Positions 20,434 to 30,870 of a DNA stretch of 64,000 nucleotides are shown piece by piece. The stretch comes from an uncultured Acidimicrobiia bacterium. GTDB taxonomy: Bacteria > Actinomycetota > Acidimicrobiia > Acidimicrobiales > AC-14. Position 1 is the first letter of the stretch. Each line of letters opens with the position of its first letter. The notes below the pieces were generated by a model. It saw only the letters and a list, made by a program, of their open reading frames with translations, ran no database searches and was not told the DNA's origin. A program made the position numbers and the translations under genes. The stretch lies in assembly GCA_963836205.1 (NCBI GenBank), contig CAWIIV010000015.1, positions 256,001-320,000 of the forward strand. Reading direction: 5' to 3'.

Positions 20434-22572
20434 ATGACCTCCGAGCGCTGGCATTCCCTCGTCCTCGGCGCGGCCCTGGCCCTCGTGACGGTGCTCACCG
20501 TCCCGGCCGCGGCCCAGACCAAGCCCACCACCCCCACCGCCCTGACGGCCAGGGAGAAGCTCATGGACGGGCTGGCGGCCCGGGCCGATGCCATCTCCCG
20601 CTCCCGCAGCGCCGTCCCGACCCCGATCACCATCGACGCCACAGCCAGCGGCGATGCCAAGGTGCTCCTAGCCGACCTCCAGACCCTCGGTCTGGTCGAC
20701 GGCACTGCCTTCGGGCGGATGGTCAGCGGCCGCCTCCCGGCCGGTGCCCTCACCGCCGCCTCCGAGCTGGCCAGCCTCAAGTTCATGCGCCCGGCGGGGG
20801 CGGGCACGGGCGTGGGGAACGTCGACAGCCAGGGCGATCCGGCCATGGGCACCGACCTCCTGCGGGCAGTCCTGGGCGTCGACGGCACCGGCATCACCGT
20901 GGGCACCATGTCCGACACCTTCAACTGCCTGGGCGGGGCGCCGACCGACGTCACCAACAACGACCTCCCGGCCGGGGTCAACAACCTCGACGAAGGCCCG
21001 TGCACGCCCGGCACCGACGAGGGCCGGGGGATGATGCAGCTCATCCACGACGTGGCCCCCGGCGCGGCCCTGTCGTTCCACACCGCCTTCCAGGGCCAGG
21101 CCGACTTCGCCCAGGGGATCACCGACCTGCGCAACGCGGGCGCCGACATCATCAACGACGACGTCTTCTACTTCGCCGAGCCCTTCTACCAGGACGGCAT
21201 CATCGCCCAGTCGGTCGACGCGTCGTTCGCCGCCGGCGTCCCTTACTTCTCCCTGGCCGGCAACTTCGACCGCCTGGCCTACGAGAGCGCCTTCCGGGAC
21301 TCGGGCAACAACGGCTGCGGCGGCCGGCTGCACGACTTCGACCCCGGCGCCGGCGTCGACACCGCCCAGCAGGTCACCATCGCCGCCGGCACGGGCGTCA
21401 CCCTGTCCTACCAGTGGGACCAGCCCTTCTTCACCGTGAGCGGCGGTGCCGGGTCGACGAACAACATGGACCTCTGCCTGGTCGACAACACCAACACCGT
21501 CGTCGCCACCGGGGCGAACAACAACGTCGGCGGCGACCCGGTGGAGGTCGTCACCTTCAACAACCCGGCGGCGGCGACGAACACCACCTTCACCATCCAG
21601 CTCTCGCGTGTGGCCGGCGGCAACCCGGGCCGGATGAAGTACATGGACTACGGCCAGATGGGCGGGTTCACGATCAACCAGTTCGCCACCAACAGCCCCA
21701 CCCTCGTCGCCCACGCCAACGCCACCAACGCGGAGGCGGTGGGGGCGGCCTTCTACGACAACACGCCCGTCTTCGGCGTCAACCCTCCGTTGGCCGAGGG
21801 CTTCTCGTCCGCCGGTGGCACGCCGATCCTGTTCGACGTCAACGGCAACGCGGTCGGCCCCATCGTCCGGAACAAGCCCCGCATCGTGGCCCCCGACGGC
21901 ACCAACACCACCTTCTTCGGCAACGACATCGCCGACCCCGGCGACGGCTCCGACACCGACGCCTTCCCCAACTTCTTCGGGACGTCGGCGGCCACACCCC
22001 ACGCGGCCGCCTTCGGCGCCCTCCTGCTCGAAAACACGCCGACCCTCACCCCGGCCCAGCTCTACGCCGCCCTCGAAGCGACGGCGATCGACATGTTCAC
22101 GCCCGGCTTCGACTTCGACACCGGGCTCGGCTTCATCCAGGCCCAGTCGATCGTGGGCGCGGCCTGCGCGGCCCCGCCGGCGCCCGGTGTCGGCGCCATC
22201 GTCGTGGCTGCGCCGGGCCTGATCACCGTGGGGACGGCGGGCAACGACGTCATCTTCGGCACCGCCGGGGACGACCGCATCCTCGGCCAGGGGGGCAGCG
22301 ACACCATCTTCGGCCAGGGCGGCGCCGACCAGCTCACCGGCGGGGAGGGCGACGACATCATCTGCGGTGGTCCGGGCGCCGACCGGCTCGACGGCGCCAA
22401 CGGGGCCGACACCCTTTCCGGCGACGCCGACAACGACGACCTGGCCGGCGTGGCCGGTGCCGACCGCCTCTTCGGGGGCCTCGGCGTCGACCGCCTGGCC
22501 GGGGGCGCCGGCACCGACCTCTGCGTCGCCGGAGGGCAGGCGGGCGACGCGGTCGCGAACTGCGAGAGCTGA
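20434..22572 (+). CDS. Secreted subtilase (S8/S53-like) with RTX-type Ca-binding repeats
   Basis: Signal peptide AAA-Q; GITVGTMSD (Asp), DEGRGM..IHDVAPGA (Glu in place of the usual His), AGN, FFGTSAATPH (Ser); C-terminal G..G.D.(I/L).G nonapeptides. Confidence 0.9.
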   Translation: MTSERWHSLVLGAALALVTVLTVPAAAQTKPTTPTALTAREKLMDGLAARADAISRSRSAVPTPITIDATASGDAKVLLADLQTLGLVDGTAFGRMVSGRLPAGALTAASELASLKFMRPAGAGTGVGNVDSQGDPAMGTDLLRAVLGVDGTGITVGTMSDTFNCLGGAPTDVTNNDLPAGVNNLDEGPCTPGTDEGRGMMQLIHDVAPGAALSFHTAFQGQADFAQGITDLRNAGADIINDDVFYFAEPFYQDGIIAQSVDASFAAGVPYFSLAGNFDRLAYESAFRDSGNNGCGGRLHDFDPGAGVDTAQQVTIAAGTGVTLSYQWDQPFFTVSGGAGSTNNMDLCLVDNTNTVVATGANNNVGGDPVEVVTFNNPAAATNTTFTIQLSRVAGGNPGRMKYMDYGQMGGFTINQFATNSPTLVAHANATNAEAVGAAFYDNTPVFGVNPPLAEGFSSAGGTPILFDVNGNAVGPIVRNKPRIVAPDGTNTTFFGNDIADPGDGSDTDAFPNFFGTSAATPHAAAFGALLLENTPTLTPAQLYAALEATAIDMFTPGFDFDTGLGFIQAQSIVGAACAAPPAPGVGAIVVAAPGLITVGTAGNDVIFGTAGDDRILGQGGSDTIFGQGGADQLTGGEGDDIICGGPGADRLDGANGADTLSGDADNDDLAGVAGADRLFGGLGVDRLAGGAGTDLCVAGGQAGDAVANCES

Positions 22573-22581
22573 GGCGGCCGG

Positions 22582-23322
22582 CTACTCGATGCCGCCGAAG
22601 CGGCGGTCGCGGGACTGGAACTCGCGCACGGCCTCGTAGAGATGCTCCCGACGGAAGTCGGGCCAGAGGACGTCGGTGAACACCAGCTCGCTGTACGCCA
22701 GCTCCCACAACAGGAAGTTGGAGATGCGGTACTCCCCCGACGTACGCACGACGAGGTCGGGGTCGGGCATGTCGGGCGCGTACAGGTGGTCGCGGATCCC
22801 CTTCTCGGTGAGCTTGTCGGCCGGCACCCCCGACGCCAGCAGCGACTTCACCGCGTCGACGATCTCGGCCCGGCCCCCGTAGTTGAAGGCGATGGTCAAC
22901 GTCATCGTCTGGTTCTTGGCCGTGAGGTCGAGCGCCTCGTCCATCCGCCGCACCAGGCGCCGGGGCACCCGCCAGTCGCGCCGGCCCATGAAGCGGATGC
23001 GGACGTCGCGCTCGTGCAGCTCGTCCCGCCGGCGGGTGAGGATCCCCTCGTTGAAGCGCATGAGGTAACGGACCTCGTCGACCGGGCGCTTCCAGTTCTC
23101 GGTGGAGAAGGCGTAGACCGTCAGCCATTTGACACCCAGCTCCAACGCCCCCTCGACGGTGTCGAACAGGGCCTCCTCGCCCGCCCGGTGGCCCTCGGTG
23201 CGGGGCAGCCCGCGCTTCTGCGCCCACCGGCCGTTGCCGTCCATAACCACGCCGATGTGGGCCGGGATTCGGTTCGGATCGAGGTCGTCGAGCCTGAGGG
23301 CGGCCGCGGGGTTCTCCTCCAC
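22582..23322 (-). CDS. uppS: Isoprenyl transferase (undecaprenyl diphosphate synthase)
   Basis: HIGVVMDGNGRWA, YAFSTENWKRP, NYGGRAEI, RTSGEYRISNFLLW. Confidence 0.96.
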   Translation of the reverse strand: MEENPAAALRLDDLDPNRIPAHIGVVMDGNGRWAQKRGLPRTEGHRAGEEALFDTVEGALELGVKWLTVYAFSTENWKRPVDEVRYLMRFNEGILTRRRDELHERDVRIRFMGRRDWRVPRRLVRRMDEALDLTAKNQTMTLTIAFNYGGRAEIVDAVKSLLASGVPADKLTEKGIRDHLYAPDMPDPDLVVRTSGEYRISNFLLWELAYSELVFTDVLWPDFRREHLYEAVREFQSRDRRFGGIE

Positions 23323-23344
23323 CGGCCCAGGGTACAAACCCGGC

Positions 23345-24259
23345 GTGCTCGACAAGCTCGACCGGTGGGCAGAATCCCGGAACCTGCACGTCGTACGCAC
23401 CGGGATCCGGGTCCAGAAGCGCTACGGCGAGCTCAACGGCAACTACATGGCCTCGGCTGTCACCCTGTCCAGCTTCCTCTCCATCTTCCCCCTCCTGCTG
23501 TTCGCGGTGGCCGTCCTCGGGTACTTCGCGGCCGGGTCGCCCGACCTCGCCACCAGCGTCGTCGAGCGCCTGGGCCTCACCGGCGACGCGGCCAAGGCCG
23601 TCGTCGACACCATCCACACCGCCGAGCGCAGCCGGCGGGCGGCGTCGATCCTCGGCATCGTCGGCCTGCTGTGGTCCGGCCTCGGGCTGGTGGCGGCCCT
23701 CCAGTACGCCATCAACACGTCGTGGCAGGTCACCGGCCAGGGCTGGAAGGACAAGCTCAAGGGACTGGGCTGGCTGGCCGGCGCCACCCTTCTCTTCCTG
23801 GCGTCCTTCGCCGTCGGGGCCGCCCTCAACTTCCTCCCCGCCTGGCTGTCGCCCCTCAGCATCGTCGTCGGCCTCGCCCTCAACCTCGGCCTGTGGCTGT
23901 GGACGATGAAGCAGCTGTCCAACCACGACGTCGGCTGGCAGGCGCTCCTCCCGGGGGCGGTGGTGGGTGCGCTCGGATTCGAGGCGCTCAAGCTGGTCGG
24001 CTCGATCTACGTCCCCCGCCTGGTGGCATCGTCGTCCGCCCTCTACGGGTCGCTGGGCATCGTCTTCGCCATCCTCGCCTGGCTCCTCTTCTTCGGCCGC
24101 CTGATCGTTTATTCGACGGTGGTCAACGTGGTGCGTTGGGAGGAGGACCACGGCACCGTCACCGTCGACCTCACCGTCCCCAAAGTGCCGGGAGAGGTGG
24201 CCACCGAGGCCACCCGGGCGGGCGAGATCCGCCCCGGCGCCCTCCACCGAACCGCCTGA
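23345..24259 (+). CDS. YihY/BrkB family membrane protein
   Basis: SFLSIFPLLL, AINTSW, LLPGAVVGA, YGSLGIVFAIL.W; about six TM helices. Confidence 0.88.
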   Translation: MLDKLDRWAESRNLHVVRTGIRVQKRYGELNGNYMASAVTLSSFLSIFPLLLFAVAVLGYFAAGSPDLATSVVERLGLTGDAAKAVVDTIHTAERSRRAASILGIVGLLWSGLGLVAALQYAINTSWQVTGQGWKDKLKGLGWLAGATLLFLASFAVGAALNFLPAWLSPLSIVVGLALNLGLWLWTMKQLSNHDVGWQALLPGAVVGALGFEALKLVGSIYVPRLVASSSALYGSLGIVFAILAWLLFFGRLIVYSTVVNVVRWEEDHGTVTVDLTVPKVPGEVATEATRAGEIRPGALHRTA

Positions 24260-24368
24260 CGCCGAGACGCCCACTTCACCCGGCATTGTCGGGACGCCGC
24301 AGTTAGAGTCACGGTCACGTCAACACCGAGGCCGCCTCGGTGTCGTTCCTGACGGGAAGGGCGGACTC

Positions 24369-26979
24369 GTGAGGACCCACAGGCTCCCGTTTCTCCTGGT
24401 TCTTATCCTCGCCGTCGGTGGGTGTTCCGAGGACAAGCCGGACGCGGTGCCATCAGCCGCCACCGGATCACCCTGCTCGACACTTCTCGCCCAGTCGCCA
24501 CCGGCATCCACCGAGACGGCGGCGACATCGCTGCGCAAAGCGTGTGCGCTGGCGCGAGCAGGTTTCCAGGCCGACGCCGGCAAGGAACTGGCCGCCGCCA
24601 TAGCCGACGGCACGCTCCAAGTGCCGTCGGACTTCGAGTCCCTGCTCGCCGCCGCCAACCCGCCAGGGGACCCATTCGCCAAGGCGCGCGCCCTCCGCGA
24701 CGCGGGATTCATCGACGAGGCCGCCGACGAGCTCAAGAAGGCGGTGACGTCGACCGCGGAGCCGGTTCCCGCGGAGCTCCGGGATCTCCGTCCCGAGAAC
24801 CTGAGGGTTGTGGGAATCGGCACCTGGACCGAATTCCGCCGCCGCATGACGAGCTTCGCCATCGACTTGGCCCAGCTCGTTGGCGTGATCTCGGCTGCCG
24901 TCCTGATCCTCCTCCTGCTCGGTCTGTTGGTCCGCTTCGTGTTTCGCGCCACCGTCGGTCGATCCGTCGCAGTACGGGAGGCGTTGGGCCGCCGGCCAAC
25001 CGTCGTGGTCGGCCCCCTCGGCGAGGACGACAAGATCAGCACTGGCGTGTTGGCCCGAATCCGGGAGGAGTTCCGTAACCTCGAGAGCGAGGCTGGCGGA
25101 ATCCGGCGTCGCCCTCGTCAAGGCGCCGGCCGAACCACTCAAGTTGCCCGCCCTCGCCGACGTCTCGCCCCCGTTGAAGTTCGTCGATGCTCTCTTCGCT
25201 CTCGTCCAGCGATTCGCCCCGCGTGACGACGTGACCATCAGCGTCGTCCTCCACGCCCCCGCAGTCTCTCCTGGGAACCTGGGGGCCGGTCTCACCGTCA
25301 CCCTCTCCGGCGGTGTCCGACCACTGGCCACCGCCACCTTCTGGGAACGTAAGTACCGTCCGTTGCGACCAGGAACCCCGGCCCAGGCGTCGCCACCTTC
25401 CGCCGATGACCTGCGGGTCCGCTACTACGCACTCGCGGGGCCGGCGGCCGTGTGGATCATGTACCAGCTTCGTCGACGTGGCAGCGCGCCGCCCCTCGGC
25501 ACAGACAACTGGGAGAGCTACGCGCTTTTCAAGGCCGGCACCGAGTGCTTCGAAAACAAGAACGCCTACCAGGCCCGGAAACTGCTCAGCCAGGCACTCG
25601 ATCTCGACGCCGGAAACATCGGAGCGCGGGTCAACCTGGCCCGGGTGGACTGGCGAGAGCAGGCGGACCGTACGGCGGTGATGACCAAGTGTGCGATGGC
25701 TCAGCTCGCTCAACTCGCGGAGCGGAACCATTCCAAGCTCCAGTTCCGGCGCCACCATTTCGACACTACCGACAGCTTCCGTTGGGACCCGCTCTGGTAC
25801 CGGCCGGCCTACATCCGGGCCGCGTTCCTGGGCCACGGGTACTTCCAAGCACTGAGTCGTAACCAGGAGACGTTGAAGACCACGGGTCACTTGGAGCCGG
25901 AAGCAAAGCGGCAGTGCGCCGCCCTGCTGTCCGAAGCCACCGAGGAAGCGCATCGACTGGTGTGGGCGATCGAGACCACGATCACCGAGATCGACAAAGG
26001 TCCAGGAGGTCCGAGAAGGATCCTGGCCTCGTTTCGTCGAGCGGCCCGCCGGCAGCGGATCAAGGAGGACCGAGCGTTGCGCGACCTCCTCCGCCGCCTG
26101 GAAACACAATCGGTGCTCGTCTACGCGACGCTGATCGCGGACGAGAACGATCATTCCACCAACCCTGCGCCCCGCCGACCCCACCAGGACAGTCGACTGG
26201 CCCTCCTACCGCAGCTGGAGAATCGTGATTGCCTCACGAGTCGCAAGCTGATGGACTTCCTCGGGCCCATCTGCCTTTATGACCCATCCCCCACGTACAA
26301 CCTGGCGTGCTACTTCTCGGTGCTCGGCGGCCTCGCCGCGGGCCGCCCGTCCGACCATCCGAATCCAGTCACCCCCGAAAGCCTCCTCGACGAAGCGCTG
26401 GAGCACCTCAGGTACACACCCACCCTTCGGGAGGGTGAGTACGACTGGGTGAGCACGGATCCGGCGCTGTCCGCACTGCAGTCCCACCCGCACTCCCGAC
26501 GCCGGTTCGAGGCGCTGCTGGCCGAATGGTGCCCCCAAGGAACGAGCCCCCGTCCGCCCACCCTCAACGCCCGGCTCGGGATCATCGGCCCGCACTACGC
26601 CCAGAAGCTCGCCCAGGCCGGGATCTCCGACATGGTGGCGCTGGTGAAGGCGGCTACCCACGCGCAGGACGTCGAGGCGCTGGCCGATGACCTCGGCGTC
26701 AGAGTCGACCTCCTCCGCCGATGGATGCGGATGGCCGACCTCGTCGACCGGATCGAGACGACATGGAGACGGGAGGAGGTGTCCACGGGGTATGCCGTCC
26801 TCCTCGACGCCGCCGACGTCGGCTCGGTCGACCTGTTCAAGGCTGCCGATCACCATGATCTTGTGATTCGGCTGCGGTCACTCAACAAGGACATGAAGGC
26901 GGTCGACCATCAGCCGACGGTCCGGTTGGTCAAGGACTGGCAGGCGAAGTTGGCTCGCTGCGAGGCGCGGGTCCCGTAA
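24369..26979 (+). CDS. Lipoprotein/TM protein with TPR-like region and C-terminal DUF4332-like HhH domain; frameshift near 25101
   Basis: Lipobox VGGC and one TM helix. Removing one A at 25101 fuses 24369..25226 with 25144..26979. TPR-like QALDLDAGNIGARVNLA and YNLACYFS; GIIGPHYAQKL..AGI, W..MADL, YAVLL..A.V.SV, PT...V..W. Confidence 0.7.
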
Positions 26980-27020
26980 CGCGTCGGGGCGGGGGTGGCT
27001 TAGCTTAGGCTTCCCGACCG

Positions 27021-28903
27021 ATGGCCCTCGCCGCTTCGGGCTCGTGGAAGTCACCGATCACGGCAGAGATGCTGGTGGACGAGGCCGTCTCCCTGTCGCA
27101 GGTCACCGTCGACGGCGCTGACGTCTACTGGATCGAGGCCCGCCCGTCCGAAAGCGGACGACACGTGGTGGTCCGGTGGAGCCAGGGCCACCCGCCGATC
27201 GACATCCTTCCACCCGGGTTTTCGGCCCGTACAATCGTCCACGAGTACGGCGGGGGGGCCTTCGCTGTCCGCAGCGGTGTCGTGTGGTTCTCGCATTTCG
27301 ACGACCAACGGGTCTACCGGCTGGAAGCCGGTGAAAAACCCTGGCCGATCACGAAGGAGCCCCCGACCCCCCGCTCCGTCCGTTTCGCCGACTTCGACGT
27401 GAGCCCCGACGGGAGCCTGCTGGCCTGCGTACGCGAACGCCACCTCGACAACGGCACTGTCGTCAACGACCTTGTCCTGCTGGACGCCATTGGCGCGGCC
27501 TCGCCGCGAGTCTTTGCCGAAGGTCAGGACTTCTACTCTGCCCCCCGGTTCAGTCGTGACGGTCGTCTGGCGTGGCTGTCTTGGGACCATCCGAACATGC
27601 CGTGGGACGGCACCACCCTCTGGGTAGACCACGAGCGGGTGGCCGGCGGCCGCGACGAGTCGATCACCCAGCCCCGCTGGGGCCCGGACGGGAGCCTGTA
27701 CTGGGCGTCAGACCGCTCCGGCTGGTGGAACCTCTACCGGGACGGCACCGCCCTGTGGCCCGACGATGCCGAGTTCAGCGGGCCGGACTGGGCGTTCGGC
27801 CAGTCCACGTACGCCGTTTTCGCCGACGGCATGGTTGTCGCGGCGTCCACCAAGGACGGCCGCGGTCGGATGTGCATCCTCGAACCGACCGGAGAAGTTG
27901 CGCAACGAACCGACTTCACCGCTTTCGCCTCGGTGCAGGCCCATGGCGAGCGGGCGGTCGTGGCGGTGGCCGCGTCGGCGCGGGAGTCGTCGGCGGTCGT
28001 CTGCATCGACCTCGCTGAGGGTGGCGTCGACGTGCTCCGTCGTAGCCGGCCGGGTTCTGTCGACGCCGGCTACCTCTCGGTGCCCGAGCCGATCACCTTT
28101 CCCACCGACGGCGGGGTCGACGCCCACGCCCTGTTCTACCCGCCGGCCAACCGCGACTTCGAGGCCCCCGCAGGCGAGCTCCACCGCTGGTGGTGATGAG
28201 CCACGGCGGCCCGACGTCGGCCGCCCGATCCGAGCTCAACCTCGCCATCCAGTTCTTCACCAGCCGGGGGCTGGCGGTGGTCGACGTCGACTACGGGGGC
28301 AGCAGCGGCTACGGGCGGGCCTACCGTCGCCGCCTCGACGGGCAGTGGGGCGTCGTCGACGTGGCCGACTGCGTCAATGCTGCCCGCCACCTGGCCGCCG
28401 CCGGCTTGGTCGACGGCCGGCGCATGGCCATCCGGGGTGGGAGCGCAGGCGGCTTCACCACCCTGTGCGCCCTCACGTTCTACGACGTCTTCGCCGCCGG
28501 GGCCAGCTACTACGGCGTGGCCGACCTGACCTCGCTGGCCACCGACACCCACAAGTTCGAGTCCCGCTACCTCGACCGGTTGGTGGGGCCGTGGCCGGAG
28601 GCGGCCGACATCTACCGGGCCCGGTCGCCCATCCACTCCGCCGACGGCATCTCTGCCCCCGTCATCCTCTTCCAGGGTCTGGAGGACAAAGTGGTGCCGC
28701 CGGCACAGTCCGAGGTCATGGTCGAGGCGCTACGGGCCAAGGGCCTGCCCTACGCCTACGTCACCTTCGAGGGCGAGCAGCACGGCTTCCGCAAGGCGGA
28801 GAACATCGTGCGGGCGGCCGAGGCCGAGCTGTGGTTCTACGGCCAGGTCCTCGGCTTCCAACCCGCCGACGACATCGAGCCGGTCCGCATCGCCAACTGG
28901 TGA
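27021..28903 (+). CDS. S9 family peptidase (prolyl oligopeptidase-like); frameshift near 28181
   Basis: [35 protein letters not shown] nucleophile, QGLED.VVPP, EQHGFR. A missing C in GAGCTC(C)CACCG splits it into two ORFs. Confidence 0.92.
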
Positions 28904-29005
28904 CGTTTTTGGGGTCCATGGCACCCGGCTGTGTCACCGGTTCGCAGGCCCGACCGCAACTGGTGACGGATTTGGGGTCTGTGGCGCCCGGATGTGTCAC
29001 CGGTT
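28895..29005. repeat. Two copies of the 48-bp hairpin element
   Basis: 28895-28942 and 28958-29005; the first supplies the TGA stop of the S9 peptidase. Confidence 0.85.
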
Positions 29006-29035
29006 CGCAGCCCCGGGCCCAGGGCTCCCGTCGTG

Positions 29036-29986
29036 TCACCGGGTGGGCGGGGCGAGGGCCTGTCTCGTGGCTTCGACGTCGGCGGCCACTTGGGCGGCGA
29101 GGGCGTCGGCGGACTCGAAGCGAACCTCGTCCCGCAGGCGGCGGGCGAAGCGGACCCGACCCGTCTCCCCGTAGAGGTCGCCGGCGAAGTCGAGCAGGTA
29201 GGCCTCCAGCACCAGCGGGCTGTCGTCGGCGTGGAACGTGGGCCGCACGCCGAAGGAGATGGCGGACTGATGGCAGGTGCCATCGGGGCGCACGTACCAG
29301 CCGGCGTAGATCCCGGGCGACGGCAGGAGGACGTCGGGCGGCGGCGACACGTTGGCGGTGGGAAAGCCCATCCCCTCCCCCCGGTGGTCGCCGGACGCGA
29401 CCACGCCCCGCACCTCGTGCAGCCGGCCCAGCAGCCCCGCCGCCGCCTCCACCTCGCCCGCGGCCAGCAGCCGGCGGATGGCCGTCGACGACACCGGCTC
29501 GTCCCCGCCCGCCTCGACCAACCCGAAACCGACCACGTCGAAGCCCCACCGCTCCCCCGCCGCCCGCAGCAACCCCACATCCCCCCGCCGCTGGCGGCCG
29601 AAGCGGAAGTCCTCCCCCACGATCACCGTCCGGGCCGCCAACCCGTCGACCAGGATCTCCTCGACGAAGTCCTCCGGCTCCTCCTGCGAGCGGTCCCAGT
29701 CGAAGCGCACCACCACCACCACGTCGACCGAGCCGGTGGCCTCCAGCAGCTCGAGCTTCTGATCGAGGTCGGTGAGCAGCTTGGGCGCCGACTGGGGCCG
29801 CACGACCGTGGCCGGGTGACGGTCGAAGGTGACGACGGTGGCGCCCGCCCCGGTGCTGTCGGCCAGCCGCCGCAGCTCGCCCAGGACGGCCCGGTGCCCG
29901 AGGTGGACGCCGTCGTAGGACCCGATGGTGACGGCCGACCCCTCCCGCGGCGGGGTCGTCGCAGCCAGGTCGGTGACGATCTCCAT
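29036..29986 (-). CDS. ribF: Bifunctional riboflavin kinase/FAD synthetase
   Basis: IGSYDGVHLGH, VGEDFRFG, SSTAIR, GFPTAN, GVRPTF. Confidence 0.96.
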   Translation of the reverse strand: MEIVTDLAATTPPREGSAVTIGSYDGVHLGHRAVLGELRRLADSTGAGATVVTFDRHPATVVRPQSAPKLLTDLDQKLELLEATGSVDVVVVVRFDWDRSQEEPEDFVEEILVDGLAARTVIVGEDFRFGRQRRGDVGLLRAAGERWGFDVVGFGLVEAGGDEPVSSTAIRRLLAAGEVEAAAGLLGRLHEVRGVVASGDHRGEGMGFPTANVSPPPDVLLPSPGIYAGWYVRPDGTCHQSAISFGVRPTFHADDSPLVLEAYLLDFAGDLYGETGRVRFARRLRDEVRFESADALAAQVAADVEATRQALAPPTR

Positions 29987-29997
29987 CCGGGGGGAAG

Positions 29998-30870
29998 CTA
30001 CCCGGCCATCACCACCGACGGTTTCACCCTCCCGTCGGGACGGATCTCGTACACCGCCAGCAGCCCGCCGTCGCCGTCGACCACCGCCCACGGGCCGTCG
30101 CCGGCCCACAGCTTGTCGAGGACGGCCCCGTGGGCCACGACCGCGGCCAGCTCGGCGTCGACCGCCTCCACCGGGTAGCCCCGCAGGGCGGCCGCCGGTG
30201 GCAGCACGTGCTCCCGACCGAGCTGGTCGAGCGCCACCGCCTCGTCCAGCGAGAACGAGCCCACCGCCGTCCGCCGCAGCCGGCGCAGGTGCGCTCCTCC
30301 CCCGAGCGAGGTACCCAGGTCGGCGGCCAGCGTGCGGACGTAGGTGCCGGACGAGCAGTCGACCTCGATGGTGAAGACCAAGGGATCGGCCGTCGGGGTG
30401 ACGTCGTAGCGGGTGACGGTCACCCGTCGGGGGGACCGCTCCACCTCGATCCCGGCCCGGGCCAGCTCGTGAAGGCGGCGCCCGCCCACCTTCAGCGCCG
30501 ACACCATGGGCGGCACCTGCTCGATCTCGCCCACGAACCGAGCCGCCGCCGCGACCACGTCGGCCACGCGCACGCCCGCCATGTCGTGCTCCGCAACCAC
30601 GTCACCGGCGGCATCGAGCGTCGACGTCTCCACGCCCAGGACCACCTCGCCCACGTAGGTCTTGGGCAGCCCGGTGAGGTACTTCAGCAGCCGGGTGGCC
30701 CGCCCCAGGCCGAGGACGAGGACGCCCGTGGCGTCGGGGTCGAGGGTGCCCGCGTGGCCCACCCGCTTCTGGCCGAAGATGCTCCGGGACCGGCCGACGA
30801 CGTCGTGCGACGTCCACCCGCTCGGCTTGTCGACGACCGCCAGGCCGTCGACGGTTGGTCGGTCGGTCAG
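29998..30870 (-). CDS. truB: tRNA pseudouridine(55) synthase
   Basis: VDKPSGWTSHDVV, GHAGTLDPDATGVL, CSSGTYVRTLA; start appears to be a CTG overlapping the upstream stop. Confidence 0.95.
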   Translation of the reverse strand: MTDRPTVDGLAVVDKPSGWTSHDVVGRSRSIFGQKRVGHAGTLDPDATGVLVLGLGRATRLLKYLTGLPKTYVGEVVLGVETSTLDAAGDVVAEHDMAGVRVADVVAAAARFVGEIEQVPPMVSALKVGGRRLHELARAGIEVERSPRRVTVTRYDVTPTADPLVFTIEVDCSSGTYVRTLAADLGTSLGGGAHLRRLRRTAVGSFSLDEAVALDQLGREHVLPPAAALRGYPVEAVDAELAAVVAHGAVLDKLWAGDGPWAVVDGDGGLLAVYEIRPDGRVKPSVVMAG

